Source of the DNA: the human T2T-CHM13v2.0 reference genome, Homo sapiens
Assembly: GCF_009914755.1 (NCBI RefSeq)
Contig: NC_060928.1
Length of the DNA: 64,000 nucleotides
Direction: 5' to 3' (one strand)
Part shown: one piece after another, positions 1 through 15,000 of the stretch
Numbering within the stretch: position 1 is the stretch's first letter
Layout of the letters: each line of letters starts with the position of its first letter
Position numbers and translations under genes: made by a program
The notes under the pieces: generated by a model
What the model saw: the letters and a program-made list of their open reading frames with translations, nothing else
What the model was told of the DNA's origin: nothing
The model's database searches: none

Positions 1-126
1 TAAGGCACCCTGGTTTCTTTCAGGGGGGATGGTAGAATAGTATTTAGAACCCAAGATCATGAATAAGGCACCCTGGTTTCTTTCAGGGGGAATGGTAGAA
101 TGGTATTTACAACCCAAGATCGTGAA
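1..126. repeat. 63-bp tandem duplication (2 copies visible) within an old L1M-like fragment
   Basis: taaggcaccctggtttctttcagggg...cccaagatc(a/g)tgaa at 1-63 and 64-126, with about 4 mismatches. Confidence 0.9.
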
Positions 127-3100
127 TGCTATGGGAGCTCTTTGTACTGGGGTGGCGTTGCCTCCTGAGCTTTTCAGTGGACGGAGCTAGGAGAAATATA
201 CATATAAAATCAGGAGTTCATAGAGATATCACTGGGCTCTTTGTCTCCTCTCATGATTAATTTTCTCAGTCACACCATATATACCATATATATAAAATAC
301 CATATATATAAAATAGTAATTTTAGAATTACTATACCCATACCACCCTCTGTGGTTGGCTTTTCCTCTTGTATATATATTTATACTTTCTTCACTCCTGT
401 AATTCAGCTACTTCTCATCCATCTGCTTTTCCAACTTCCAAAATTATTTCATGACTTATCTGCTTTCATCTTCCCTCTCATTCTCTTCTCCTTTTCTATT
501 CCACCTACTGTCATTTTGGTGAGAGTTGGGGAGACACTGTTTGCAGTCTGCCATGTTTAACTGAAAAGCCCATCTTAGATCTTCCGTCTGTTGGTTACTT
601 GAAGTAAGAAGACAGAGAATAAGCAGTATTTACCTTTAACACCCCAAGTAGCTCTGCTCATGATGTCTGCCTCGGTGTCCCGGGCCCGCACTCCTCCAGT
701 ATCCCTCACTGGCAATTAGAACTCTGTACGGCTTCCTTGAAGTTTCTCTTCCTAACTCTCTCAGTGGGTGGGACTCCTTTTCAGTGATATTGACGGTAGA
801 CCTGAAAATTCAGGGATGTGGGCAGTTCTGGAGAGAATAGGCCAGGCTCTCTGTGGATACATTTGCACTGTGCTTGAGGACTGAATGCTACAAATCAGAC
901 AGTCCTGGATTATTTCAGACTGAAAAAAATTAGGAGACTAACCTGGGAAGAGGCAGAAGGCACGCCAGCTCTCTCAGCATGTTTTTGATGTCTCGGTGTT
1001 CTCATTTCATTGAAATTAGTGCAGACCTCTCCCCTCAGCTGTAACACTTGGATTTTCTAAGCCACTTTGATGTCTCCTATCTCTGCTTATTTACAATGAA
1101 CATAGCTTCGAATTTTCATTTTCTTTCTACTCTGTTAAATGTGTTATGTGGAAATCTGAAATCTGAAGACAAATTTTTACCTTAGAATTCTAAGAATGCC
1201 TTTGGTATCAACGCCAGTTAGGAAGGTCTAACTCAGGGCGGAAGGGGGGGTTTTCAAAAAGGTGATATTCGTGAGGCAGCCATCGCCTTCGAAACACTTT
1301 GAGAGGTTTAATTTATTTCTCATGCTTTGGTAAACAAAAGCTGGCATTTTCTTTCCATGGTTTTTCCACTGCAAGGCTGCCGTTCCTCCCCTTCCCCCGC
1401 AGTGGTGCATTTTGGTGATCAAATCTAAAACATGTGTCAGGTTTGCGGGCATGCTTTTTACCAGGAACCTCCTTTAATACTTGCCATATTGGCAGTTTTC
1501 ACAAGATCTTCTCGCTGTGCTTTATTTATTTATTTATTTACTCTGCTTGCATTGTGGAATTATGGGTAGAGCTGTTTTACATCAGAATCATGTTAAATAA
1601 AAATATTGAAAGAACATTTTGACCAAGAATAATGTGAATATTTCAACATAAATATCTATGCTGAATTGGCTTCTAGATTTCAGAACAGGAAGAACATCTT
1701 CAGTGATGTTCATGATTTGGATTTGCTTTGCTGCGGAGTAGGTTTAGCGACAAATTCCATCTGGCTGGAGCTACATGCAGTCTCTCTATTGATTGGTTAT
1801 ATTGGGACTTCATGGGAGTGTCCTTCAATTTGCTTTTCCCAGCATTTTTAAAAGCTCCATTGGAAAAAAAAATAGAGACTAGAAAAGAAAAAAGGAACCT
1901 GCATTGTTTCAGTTTGCATCCAACATGCAAAACATAGTTCTAAATTTTTAATTAGCTAAGTGAGTGGTGAAAAGGAAAAGTAATATAACAAGCCTCCGTG
2001 AGCAGCTGGGATGTGTTGTCATGACGACAAGTTCAGCAGGCTGCCAGCAAGCATGTCAATGGGTAATATTGGGAGAGCGCTTTGAAACAGTGCCTGCTAG
2101 CCACAATGTGATTGGTCACGCCTCTGTTGTCTTTGTGTGAACCGGTGCATGCTGGGTAAGACCTAGAGTGAATGCTCAGCTTGTCTCAAGGCTGCAATGA
2201 GGTAATGCTTCTGAATCTTTGGGGATCATGAGCTCCTGCCTCCAAAAGACTGCAGTCTAGAGTGTTTTCATTCCGATTTGCGTTAATTACCGACTGTAAC
2301 ATGTTAGGAAGTTTTACAGCTGCCTTTATTCAATCTTTTATATGTGCATGTGTATATTATAGATAACTTAACACGTGTGTATGCTGCATAGAGAATCTCA
2401 AGCGTATTCTAAAAAAAGAGATAACCCTCCATATTAGTCATTCTGCTCAGAGTCAACATTTCATTTGATTGCTGGCATCAGTGACAATATCTATTGGTGG
2501 ATAAATGATACATTAAAGTGCATTTACATTGGGTAAGCAAACTTGTTCATTTCTAGAGGATATTTTGGCATTGATTACTTTTTAAAGCCTTTTATCTATA
2601 ATGAGTCGTAAGGGCCATAAAGGGGGATGTAAAGAGTGTCGGATTTGCTTGGTCAGGAGGTTTAGTTCATTTTTAGATTCCTTGAAATTGGCTGGTTTAT
2701 ATCCTAATATTGATATTATAGTCTTTCATTAATTGACCATAATATCTGATTGCTCCAAAACTATCTGCTGAATAATGCTCTGACAGTTTCAACTTAAAGC
2801 TGTAAAGGGAAGCTGTGTTTACAGACGCAAAGATCTGGAAATGTTTATGGTGGTTTGTGAAACAAATACATCAAGGTGCTGATGTGACAGAGACACATGA
2901 GCTACACCCCTCAGCCCTACCCCTGGTTCTCTGTGACACAGCGACTTGGATGCTCTCCAGGGTTTTGTCGGTTGGTTAGAGAATGTTTTATCACATTCAT
3001 AAATAGTAACCCAATGCCCTGGAAAGGTTAAGGCAGTGTCTCCAACTAAGGTATGTGTCGCTAGGGGGGACACATACCATAGTTGAGTTGGGCTATCTGG

Positions 3101-3265
3101 TTCATCGTGTCACAAATGGGAAGCATGTGAGCAAGCTTTTGGACAGAGCTCACCGAGCTGTCATATTGCCACCCCAATGTATTTACCCCTCAAACAGTTC
3201 ATAAAAATTTATAAGCCTTTAAAAGCATAAACAAAGAATAAAAACACATCGAACGACAAGTGATG

Positions 3266-3267
<2 letters not shown>

Positions 3268-3297
<30 letters not shown>
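3268..3297. repeat. (TGC)10 trinucleotide repeat (CTG/CAG)
   Basis: 30 nt of uninterrupted TGC. Confidence 0.98.
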
Positions 3298-3474
3298 ATA
3301 GAACGGTGGACTCTGCCAGCCACCTTGCTTTATGTGAGGTCAGGCCACCGGCATGTGAGGAAGCTGGATGATCGTCAGCCCAGCTACCTCCGTTCACCAA
3401 ATACAAGGCCAGCTAGCAAGAATCTGTAGCCAGCTTTGCAGCGCTTCACCCTTGCTTTATTCTTTTATATATTC

Positions 3475-3620
3475 ATTTTTTAATGTTTTAGATTCAGCGG
3501 TACAAGTGCAGTACCCCTAAATCTTATTGTGTTACATGCGTATCTTCCACAGTGGTGACGTCTGGGCTTTTAGTGTGCCCATCACCCAGATAGTGTACAC
3601 TGTACCCAGTAGGTAGTATT
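3475..3620 (-). mobile_element. L1 3'-end fragment (L1PA/L1PB-like)
   Basis: gtctgggcttttagtgtgcccatcacccagatagtgtacactgtacccagtaggtag matches the antisense L1 3' terminus. Confidence 0.7.
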
Positions 3621-5329
3621 CTTGGCTTATTTCTACCCCTCTATATGGTTTCCGTTTATATGGCTTTGTAAAGAAAGACTTTACCAAAGATACATAAATG
3701 TGATAGCATAGCTAGGTTTTTAAATAATTGGTTCAAAATATTTGTAGCACAAAAAGGATCTTGGGTTGTGACTTTTACCAAGATGTTGATTCTATCTCCT
3801 GGCACAAATGCCAAAGCCAGACAGCTTGTGCTGAGACCACAGTTGGAGAGGCCTTTGAAGTGGGCTGGAGTCCTTTGTCTAAAACAAAGCAGGGTGCGGT
3901 GACCCCATGAAGAGAAATCCACCTGTTGATGAGACAGGCACTTTTTCTCTATAAACATTTGATTGTTCTGTTACCTTCATTTCTCTGGCAGATGGGTTAA
4001 TTGTGTAGTTTCAAATTTCAAACATGCTTTTCTAATTAAACAATTTTTAGGTTCATTAATGACTCAGTTTGCATAAGATTGGATCCTCTGTAGTGCAGTT
4101 CCATTGTTATAAGCAGGATTTGTTATCTTTGTTGACTCGCAGGCTGTAAAGATTCCCTTACTTTAAAATGTAGAAATCACATTTCTTAATCGTCATAGGA
4201 AGACAACTTTATTTTGTGTAACTATATAGTAATCGTTTTTCTTAAGTGGCAAAATTCTAATCTTTTATATTTAGGTGATTTAGTATGTCTCTGTGGTCAG
4301 ATTATGATATGGCAAAATCTTCATTATTAAGTCATTTTAAAGCATCTAACAAATGCAAAATTAATACGTTAAAGATTAAGTAGAAGTGAAAGGTAAAGTG
4401 ATGTTCTGTTTAATTTACTATTTCATGAGCTTTTTACTATTTTGAAAGCCCCCTTGAAGAGGAGCAATGGCAAGTTCAAACTAGCGTGAATCATTATATC
4501 CTGTGACAGGTTCCACAATAAATGACTTGTGATTGATGTGAAGCCTGATGCTTAGAGATTAATGGCAGATGCAGTATTGTAGTGTTTTTCTTTCATCACT
4601 AATATTATCCAGTGAAGCTAGTAGCTTAGCAAAAGACTTTGCTCAGAAATAATTGGGATTGGTAATACTGATGGTCTGTGAAGTTTTAAAAAATATGACC
4701 CTTTAGGGAAGTCTAGAGAAAAACAGTGTGCTTTTAGATAATTTGGTGGGTTCAAGAAATTTAAAAATACTTTTCTTTAGAAATTCACTGTTTACAAACA
4801 AATATCAAGCTCACTACATTTATAAAAGGGGGGTTATTAAGCAGTAGAAGCAAAAGTTCTTTTGAAGATAGGCAAACTTTAGGAGAAGAATAAAATCAGG
4901 GTCTCTGGAAGGTAGAATATCAAGAGTATTAAGGCTTCAAAATCAGACAAAATCTTAATTCTTCTACACTCATTGGGGTAACTTTTGATCACTTACTCTC
5001 TCTACATTGATCCTTCTCCCACACTCACCAGTCACAAAAGTCAGTGTCCCCCAGGTGTAGATGAGTGGGATGGACCAGTGGATACACCTGGCTCTTTACT
5101 GATCAGGTGGTTCTGTCACATGGAAATATGAGGAGACAGTATTTGTTACCCCCAACTAAGAAACATGTGGTCTCTATTCTTATGGGTTTTATTATGACGT
5201 CAAAAAGTCATATTTGTATAATACTTAACTTCATTAATAAAGTGCCATTAAAATAATTTTTAAATGACACAAATTATAATAGGAAACAACATGTTGAATG
5301 TTGCTTTTATCTATTTAAAAATGTTATAT

Positions 5330-5984
<655 letters not shown>

Positions 5985-6470
5985 TTTCTTTACAAAGCTG
6001 AATGTTGATAATTGAAATAGAGACTAGTCTGAAATGTACTTCTGTTCCACTTGTGTAAAAAGGGTTTCCTAAATGAATTAATGGCACAAGGGAGATGATC
6101 TGCTTCAGAGAATAAACTTTGCAAGTCACTTCAGTTCTTCCGATGGGGTGCTGATTAATATTCAAATGTTATGTTGAGAAAGGACTGATTTTCAGATCTT
6201 TGTGACCTAGAATCACTTCCCCTATGGTGCATTTTACACATTGTGTGGTTGTAGTATGTCAAATCCTTTTTTATTTGGAGCTCATGTTATTTAGATTGAG
6301 TCTATGGTGAGGTTGTATGTAATGCATGATGCCAACAGCGCTGGGAGAGAAATGCTGTCTTTATCTCAGTACCTGTTTATCTTGAGTTGAAAGTTTGTTA
6401 CTTGTAGGTGGATTGTACTCTGTACTGTGCTTTTGTCTTCCTTTTGTCCCCAGACCAGAGCTAAGTATAA

Positions 6471-6794
<324 letters not shown>

Positions 6795-7559
6795 AAATTG
6801 GTGAGTTTTTACATTGAAACGTTATGAAAAATTACCCTTGACCTCAGAAACAGGAAATGGAAGGGTTTTATGAAATCTTAGACATGTTATCTGTTGAATT
6901 TTCTTATCACGAAACAGTGCTGCTCATATTTACCCATTTCCTCTTTCAATCAGCATAAAAATCTTATAGTCTTGAAATCTGAAATTTGAATTAAAAAGAT
7001 ATTGTGGTTGAATTTAAATCAAAGCAGTTATGCCGTGTTTATGAATCTTTTAGCCACTCATGGCACCAGCATGTCCGTTTTCTTGGTGACAAGGCATGTG
7101 GAATGGTGACAAGTGTGTAGGTTCAGGATATTAGAACGACATTTGAATCCTGGAGGTACCATTTCCTTGCTGGGAGACTTAGAACAAATTAGCTTTAATC
7201 CTTTAAATGAGGATTACACCCACATCACAGGTTATATTAATTGTGAACCTATATGAAGTGTCTGACATAGAGTACTGGCCGTGCAGAAGGTGTGCAATAA
7301 ATGTTAGCATTCTTTATCTCCTGCTTGCATTTAATTGCTAAAATGACCAAATTCTGTTCACTTTAATGGGATATCTTTCCTGAAGGGATAAGATAAAATT
7401 GTTTGTTCTTCAACTCTGATAAGTTATTCTAGAAGAATATCTTTCTGATACCATTAGACAGTTTTATCATCTGTCCTTATGTAATGTCCTTAGTTTTATC
7501 AGCTCAAAAATAGGGATGCAATTGATATCAACATATTGAGATCATTAGGGGTTTATCAT

Positions 7560-8200
7560 TGGAAAAGGGGTAAGAGAGGAGCTTTAGACGGGAAGCTCAT
7601 TCGGGCACTTATGCTTAGGGTGACAGAGGAAACCAGTGGCGGGGGTTGTGGGGGGCGGTTTCCAGTAGTGCAGGTGAAAACCTAAAGCAAAAGAAAGGAA
7701 CGGATTTAGAGACATCCAGAGAGTGAGTAGAGTGGCTCTGTTGACTGTTTCATTATGAGGGAAGGGGGTGGTTAGGGAAGAAGGGACAGCAGGTGTCTGT
7801 CTCACATTCATGTGTCATGTGGCTGCCCCAGTGGTGGTGCTACAGTCCAAACCAGGAGATACAAGAAGGGGCAGGATTTATGGGATAGAGTGAACATTCA
7901 GTTTTGGACATGTTGAGTTTGAGGCACTGGGGGTATCTAGGTGGAATCATCTGATAGGTAAAGAGAGAGGGGGGCAGGGAGGGAGGGAGAGGGAGAGATT
8001 GAGAAAGACAGGTGGGTCAGGCAATCAGAGAGAGTTTTGGGACCAGGGAGGGAGTTTTGACCCCTTCAGCTCTATATGGCCAAGAGTGGTTATGCCTGAG
8101 ACGGTGGGTGGGCCTGCCCCTGTGGGGCACATAGCTGGGGAAGAGAGGAGGTGTGGGTGAGGATGGAGCCTTCGAGAGCTCTCTTTTAGACGCCAGCAGA
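7560..8200 (-). mobile_element. L2 fragment
   Basis: ttcagttttggacatgttgagtttgagg and agagacatccagagagt are typical L2 motifs. Confidence 0.65.
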
Positions 8201-8789
8201 GGAAACAGTTATAAGAAGAGGAAACTCAGACCATAGTTATGAATTTAGAATCTGCATTTGGTTTTAATAATTTACACACAGTGAGTTTCCCAAAGAGATG
8301 GAGAAGTCAACTGTTTGGAACCAAAAAGCCAAAGCTGGAAAGAACCACAGTGCCCTGAGTCAGTTCTGCATTTGATGGACAGATGGACGGGTCTCTTGAG
8401 TCCACTGAATTTCCATTTCATCACAGTCACCCTCCCGGCGGCGCCTCCCCCAGAAGCCGTTCCCAGGGGTGGTGATGACTCAGGCTACGCCACACATTCA
8501 CCTTAACCTTCATGAGACCACAATGCTGCAGATGGCTGTGGGAAATAGAAGGTACTGAACACTCAACAAGGAGGCGTGCAATTTAGAGTAGTTTTCACTC
8601 ATCTTTAGCATGAGTGCTTAAATGGTTGTAATTAGAAGGGATGACCTAGGACCTGTGCGGAAAGTGTGACTTAATATTTTAAGTATTTTTGGGAGCTATT
8701 AAAACAAGAAAAGTGTTCTTTACTTTGTCAAATTTTGCTTTTTTCTTTTCCTTGATAGAACTCGATCAATGTCTTAGCTATTATATAAT

Positions 8790-8950
8790 CTGTCATTAAA
8801 ACTGTGACCTTGGGCAAGTTACCTAACTCTCCCTGATTTCATTCATGAAATGGAGATAATAGTATTTGTTTCATAAGGTTCTTATGAGAACAAAGTGACG
8901 TGACATGTAGAAAGCCCCTTTGTACATATTGGCAGTAAAGTGTAGTTGTT
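8790..8950 (+). mobile_element. MIR
   Basis: MIR core ctgtgaccttgggcaagttacctaac...aaatggagataatagta. Confidence 0.75.
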
Positions 8951-8951
8951 A

Positions 8952-9297
<346 letters not shown>

Positions 9298-10252
9298 GAA
9301 GTGAGAGGAAAGCGGTTAAAGATGATGGGGTGTGCATATGAGTGAGAATGTTTATCATCGAGAAAGTGAGTGGTGCAAGAGGAAGAAAGGGGAACATGAT
9401 GGTGTTTGGTGTCTTTAAGGAAGAGTGAAGGAAGGGTAAGAAGGCACGGGAGCATACACTGGCCACCCATGGGTGGTGCTCACACCTGGCAGTTGGATGT
9501 TTGGGACCGGAGATGTACCTAACTTAGATAACTTGTTGTGTGCTCTACGCTCTAGTTGTTTTGTTCGGGTTTCCTGCAATCAGACATAGCTGGATTGTAG
9601 GATGTCATGAAAATGGTGATAGTAGGAAGGAAAGTAGTTATAATCCTGTGTTGGATTAAAAAGATCATCAACTTTGGGTTATGAAAAATGTAGTGCCACG
9701 AAAGTATGAAAATGTTAAAACTTAGAAACATAAAATAACAGTTTATGAATGCAAAGCTTGGGAAATGAATTATGAAAGTCTACTATGTTTTTAGGAGCAT
9801 AAGACAAAATGAGGAAGACAAAACTTAAGGAAAACCCATGAGGGGATCCAGCTGAACACCGGATCGGTACACACTAAGAAAATAACTGAAACTCATGTGA
9901 GTTCAAACGCAAGTGTTAATGCTTTTTATCAAGCAAAAGATATCAGGATGGGTAACACTTTGCTTCCCAAACTCTGAACATCACAAAGGGAGTTGGGGAA
10001 TGGCCTCAGGATGTGTGTTAGGATTATCAATCCCTGTGCCCTTTTCCCTCCCATCTTTCTGAAATCTAATCCAAGGGTTGTCACACTTTTGGACTTCACG
10101 TTCAAAGAACACTTCAATAAAATTTGTGTGGATCACCATAGGTCGCCAGCTTTTAGTTCTGGCAAGCAAGTGCTTTTTAAAAAAATCTGTCATCTCTTAT
10201 CACCATTACTGCATTAAAAAAGAAGACATTTAACATGCACACATGCATATAC

Positions 10253-10254
<2 letters not shown>

Positions 10255-10290
<36 letters not shown>
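10255..10290. repeat. (AC)18 microsatellite
   Basis: Direct reading. Confidence 0.97.
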
Positions 10291-10293
<3 letters not shown>

Positions 10294-11349
10294 GAAGAGC
10301 ATAATTAAAGACAATTTTTTGATCAAGTAAAGTTATCTTTATGAGAAATTTTCTTTGTTGTCTTATCTTTTCTTCTTTTCATTGTGGACTGTTAAAATAA
10401 TTGTCCACACAAGCACAAACACAGACCTACAGAATCTGGCCAGAATTTACTAAGTACTGGTCCAGCTGTTGTCTACCTGCTCCCAGGTGACCAGCCCAGG
10501 ACAGCTTGGGAGACAGAAATCCTGCCACCTTCGCTGCTACAAACGCAGGGCTGAAAAGACCAACCCTTTTTCCGGACCACTTTGTGGCCCAAGCCAAGTT
10601 ATCAAAAGGATCTTTGTTGCCAGGGGATGTTTTTTTCTTTTCTGAGAGTAGGTTGGGTTGCGGCAGGGGGGCGGGGGGTGTTGGGTGGCAGGGGTTTGGC
10701 CGGGGGAGGGGAGGGTGGATAGAAAGGATAGAAGGTAAATGGTATAACACAAGAGGGAAATTTTAAAGACTTTCAATGATTAAGTACATATGACTTCCTT
10801 TTTCTTTTTTGCCCTGGCACTGCCTGAAAAGTACATATGACTTTAAGCTGTATAGGCGAGAATATTTTAGATTCTAGTGTAAAGTAATAGGATACGGTAT
10901 CACATTGGGAGTGATGTCTTTCTTCATCAATTGTTTGTTCTTAAAACAAGCCTTTTATGAGGTGTGGAACTTTAAAGAGGCCAGTTTTGCTGTTCCTGTG
11001 AGAATTGACGCCTTTATTGCAAAATATGAATGTGGTAGACATGTGGGTTTTTGAAAGTTAACAGAAAAATCTACTAATCTGAATAGATCATTAAGAATGT
11101 AGTCTGCTTCATCAGTGTACGTGTTACATGAACAGACATTAAGAGCTTGTGACGGCAGTGACTTACCAGCAAGGATGGGATAAAAGTAAAATGTGGAAGG
11201 AAGAAAATGCAGCATGGTTTTTTATTATAGAAGAGCTTACAGACAACTTGTATTGATAGCTTTCGCAAATTTAGAATTAATTTATATTAACAGTTTGATA
11301 TTTGGAAACATTTACTTTTAAAAATTAGCCTGATTTGTATTTAAAATTA

Positions 11350-11477
11350 TTTTTTAAAATACAGCAACACGGTTTGCTTTGTTGCCCAAGCTGCTCTTGA
11401 ACTCCCGGGCTCAAGCCACCCTCCCGCCTCAGCCTCCCAAAGCCCTGAGATTATAGGTGTGAGCTACCATACCCCGC
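11350..11477 (-). mobile_element. Alu left monomer (FLAM-like)
   Basis: gttgcccaagctgctcttgaactcccgggctcaagc...gagctaccatacc. Confidence 0.8.
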
Positions 11478-11537
11478 TAGATTTCTGCTTATTCATAATC
11501 TATGAACTTTGAACTTACCATTTTCAGGGTTGCAGGG

Positions 11538-11832
11538 TTTTTTTTTTGAGACGGGATCTTACTGTGTCACCCAAGCTGGAGTGCAGTGGTGGCAATCATA
11601 GCTGACTGCAACCTTCAACTCCTGGGCTCAAGTCATCCCTCCACCTCAGCCTCCTGAGTAGCTGGGGCTCCAGGCACGCACCACCACGCCTGGCTAATTT
11701 TTGAAAGTTTTCTGTAGAGATGGGATCTCACTATATTGCTCAGGCTAGCCTTGAATTCCTGGACTCAAGAGATCCTCTCACCTCAATCTCCCAAAGTGCT
11801 GAGATTCCAGGCGTGAGCCACCACACCCTGCC
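11538..11832 (-). mobile_element. AluJ
   Basis: AluJ diagnostics aatcatagctgactgcaaccttcaactcctgggctcaag. Confidence 0.9.
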
Positions 11833-12048
11833 ATGGTTGCAGGTTTTAGGTGTTAAATTTACATATCTTGTGTTGGGGAAACTATTGATTTAGGACCACA
11901 GATCTGAACAAAGTATAAAGGAGCTGATCCATCAGCCATTCATTCCTGTCTCAATAGAGACTGTGCCGCAGTGCTCTTGGCCCATGCATGAAAAAAACAC
12001 TTTATACTGTCTTGCTAGGTTTCTCAATCTCAGTCTATAACTACATGT

Positions 12049-12050
<2 letters not shown>

Positions 12051-12092
<42 letters not shown>
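12051..12092. repeat. (GT)21 microsatellite
   Basis: Direct reading. Confidence 0.97.
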
Positions 12093-12095
<3 letters not shown>

Positions 12096-15000
12096 GGGTT
12101 CCAGCTGAATTTTCTGTCCCGAGGTTGAGTTAGAAATCAGCTTTTGTTTGCTTTACAATTTCTCGTGGCTTCAGTCAAACAGTGGTGTCAAATGTGGTAT
12201 CATTGACATCTGTGGTAGCCTTCGTTCTCTGAAGTCTATCAGCAATATCCATGCTGATAATTCAGTCTAAATGATTGCCCAGCCACAAGCTGGACAGTGA
12301 ACACTGTTTTCTCAGTTGGGTTGGGTGCTCCTCAGGGAGTCCCACTATGCCAAGCAGATGAAGCACAGTTTGCCATTCACTGAGAAGGAGCCCCTGGGAC
12401 CCCATTCGGTGGCCCAGGCCACATCACTGCCCCCGACCGGACCCTTGCCTAGAACTGTTAAGTGTCAGGGGAATCACACAGGAGGAAGGGCAGCCACCAC
12501 ATACACACAAGGAGGATGTTCGGGTGGCCCCCGCTCTCAGCTAGAGGCATCTCCATGGAGCACTTTGGGCTGAGCCACCTTCTTCTCTGTCCCCACTGGT
12601 TCCCCCACCAAAGTGCTGCAGCCAGCAGCCAGAGATTAAAATCCTCATTTGGGTCGAGTAAGAAAGTTTATCTATTACCCATAAACCTTTTCTTGCAAAT
12701 CTGCTCATGCTGCATATATTGACTTTCACATTTCACTCTCTAATTGAGTAGAATTATAAGTATCCCTTGCCTATTCATCCTGCCAAATACTCAAGATTTC
12801 TGTTCAACAGGCTGTCCTATTATCAGTAAACTGCCCTCGCTATGACATACTAATATATATGATATGAACATTGCCTTCTTGGAGCTCTTTTTAGTATAAC
12901 CGTTGGGGTCATATCCCCCAGTGAGAAGGCCATTAGAATTTTGGGGTCAGGTTATTTGTACATGGTAGTGTAACTGTCAAGATGTAATATCTGAGGGGTT
13001 TTTTTGGTGGAACTTTTTGTGTTGAGTATAGAAGCCAATCATGTTCATATAGTAGACAAACTTGAGTGATACTCGTCTAAGGACCACAAATACCAACAGT
13101 TTGAAGTAAAAGTAGGAGGACTGAACATTATTGAGGCAAAGTCTCAGGCCATACCTGTTTCTCTTCTCTGTTGTAATGCCCTCAGCCAGGGCTAAGGTGA
13201 GTTTTTGAAAGCACCCATCACTATTGTGTGTGTGACGTGGATAGGAGAGGTTCAGAAAAGGAAACAATGAACTCAATAATTATATTTGATGCTAATGATC
13301 TGGTCTGTGGGTCATGTGGGTGTCTCCTGTCTCCTGATCCACCTAACACTGATGACAAAGCTCATTAGTACCTCTGGCCAGAGGGTGGACTTGAGGAAAG
13401 AGAGGACAGCACTCATGTCAATCAGTTTGGCTTCTCATTAGTAACTCCAAAGAAAATAGTTGGCCAAAGAGGCCAGAACCACAAAAAGGAAGCTAACTTT
13501 GAGTCACCCATATCTGTCCACTATTATCACAGAGGTGGGAAAAGGCTAAGTGTCTGGTATGTGGTAAGTGGATGAAGTGAAATGATATTTTTTAAGGCTA
13601 AAATAAAACTTGTAAAAAATCTCAATGGCAGCAGTCCTAAAATAAAAGTAAGTCTTTATAAAAGAAAAACAAAGTCCAAAGTGAACATATTTGCTTCTCC
13701 TGCTAACAGTGCTATTTCAGACACTAAAAAGTAGTGATGGATTCTTCTTCCGAGCAAGAGGGAGCGTGTAGCTGAGACCATGGGCAGAATGCATGGTGCA
13801 GCAGGCACCGTGGGGAAGGAGATCAGAATTTGAAGTTCCACTAAACTGTATCACCTGGCATAGACTCCGAGGTAGCCCGAAATCCAGTAGGTCACACTGG
13901 TGTGGACAGAAAGATCTTCAAGGGAAGCCCTTGCTTCCTGACCTGAGAAGCAGGAAAAGGGAGTGCTGACTTCATAGTGAGTGGAAGAAGCCACCGTCCT
14001 CATTCTCTCCCTTCCCAACCCATAGCCAGTCCTGCACAGCGGCGTAGGGCTGGGCAGACATCCAAAACTGTGCGTGCTGGGGGAGGAGGATTTCCTTCTT
14101 TCTGATGAAGGGAACTGTGGTCCTAAGAGCATGGGGCGAATTCCCATTGCTTTTCTTCCCTCCCTCTGTCCTTCTGCCACTTGACACCACATTGAAATGC
14201 AGTTGTGCTAGAAGTATGTGGCTGAGCAAGGCAACTAAACCCAGCGTTCTAGCAGAAGGACCATGAAAAAGGGCCCTAGGGTACTGGAAGGTACTGGGGA
14301 GATCACAGAGAGGATCAAGAGAGCTATTGCATAAAATATTGTATGAACTCCTGGACTCGCTTCTGAGCTGTGCATGTTTGGATCTCATTGTAGCAGCATT
14401 ACAAACGCTTTGAGAGCTGAAATATGAACTAGATCATACAGGTCCCAGGCTGACCACTGCATGGTATACATGTAAGACAGATCCAAATAGCACTGCAAAA
14501 GCTTTCTGCACTGAAGTGACATTCAGCTGACAGGAGGTGGTTTGGAAATCGCAGCCTGAACTTAACAATGTTGATCACGTGCTTAAAAAAAAATTCAACA
14601 TTGTCCTTAGGATTTAAAGACTCGGACTCTCATGATATAATAATCAACATTACTAAAAATTAGCCAGCATATGAAGAATTAGGATAATCTCAATTTGTAT
14701 GTGAAAGAACAAGTAACAGTTGCAAATACTGAGGTGTCACAGATGTTGGAATTATCAAAGATTTAAATCAGTTATTCTAATCATGGCCCCAGAAGTGTGG
14801 GAATAGATTATGTAATGCAGAAGTGAGTGGTAATTTTAGAACTGAAATATATAATAATCAAAAATAAAAATTCATGGGTGGGCTCAACAACAGAATAAAG
14901 ATAATAGAAAGAGAAGAGACAGTGGACTTGAAGATAGAGCAATAGAAATTTTTCAATCTCAACAACAGAGAAAAAGATTGAAAAAAAAATAAGTAAACAG

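Noticed and set aside
1-126. Repeat-spacer or CRISPR-like array
   Set aside because: Only two adjacent units with no unique spacers, in eukaryotic intronic DNA.
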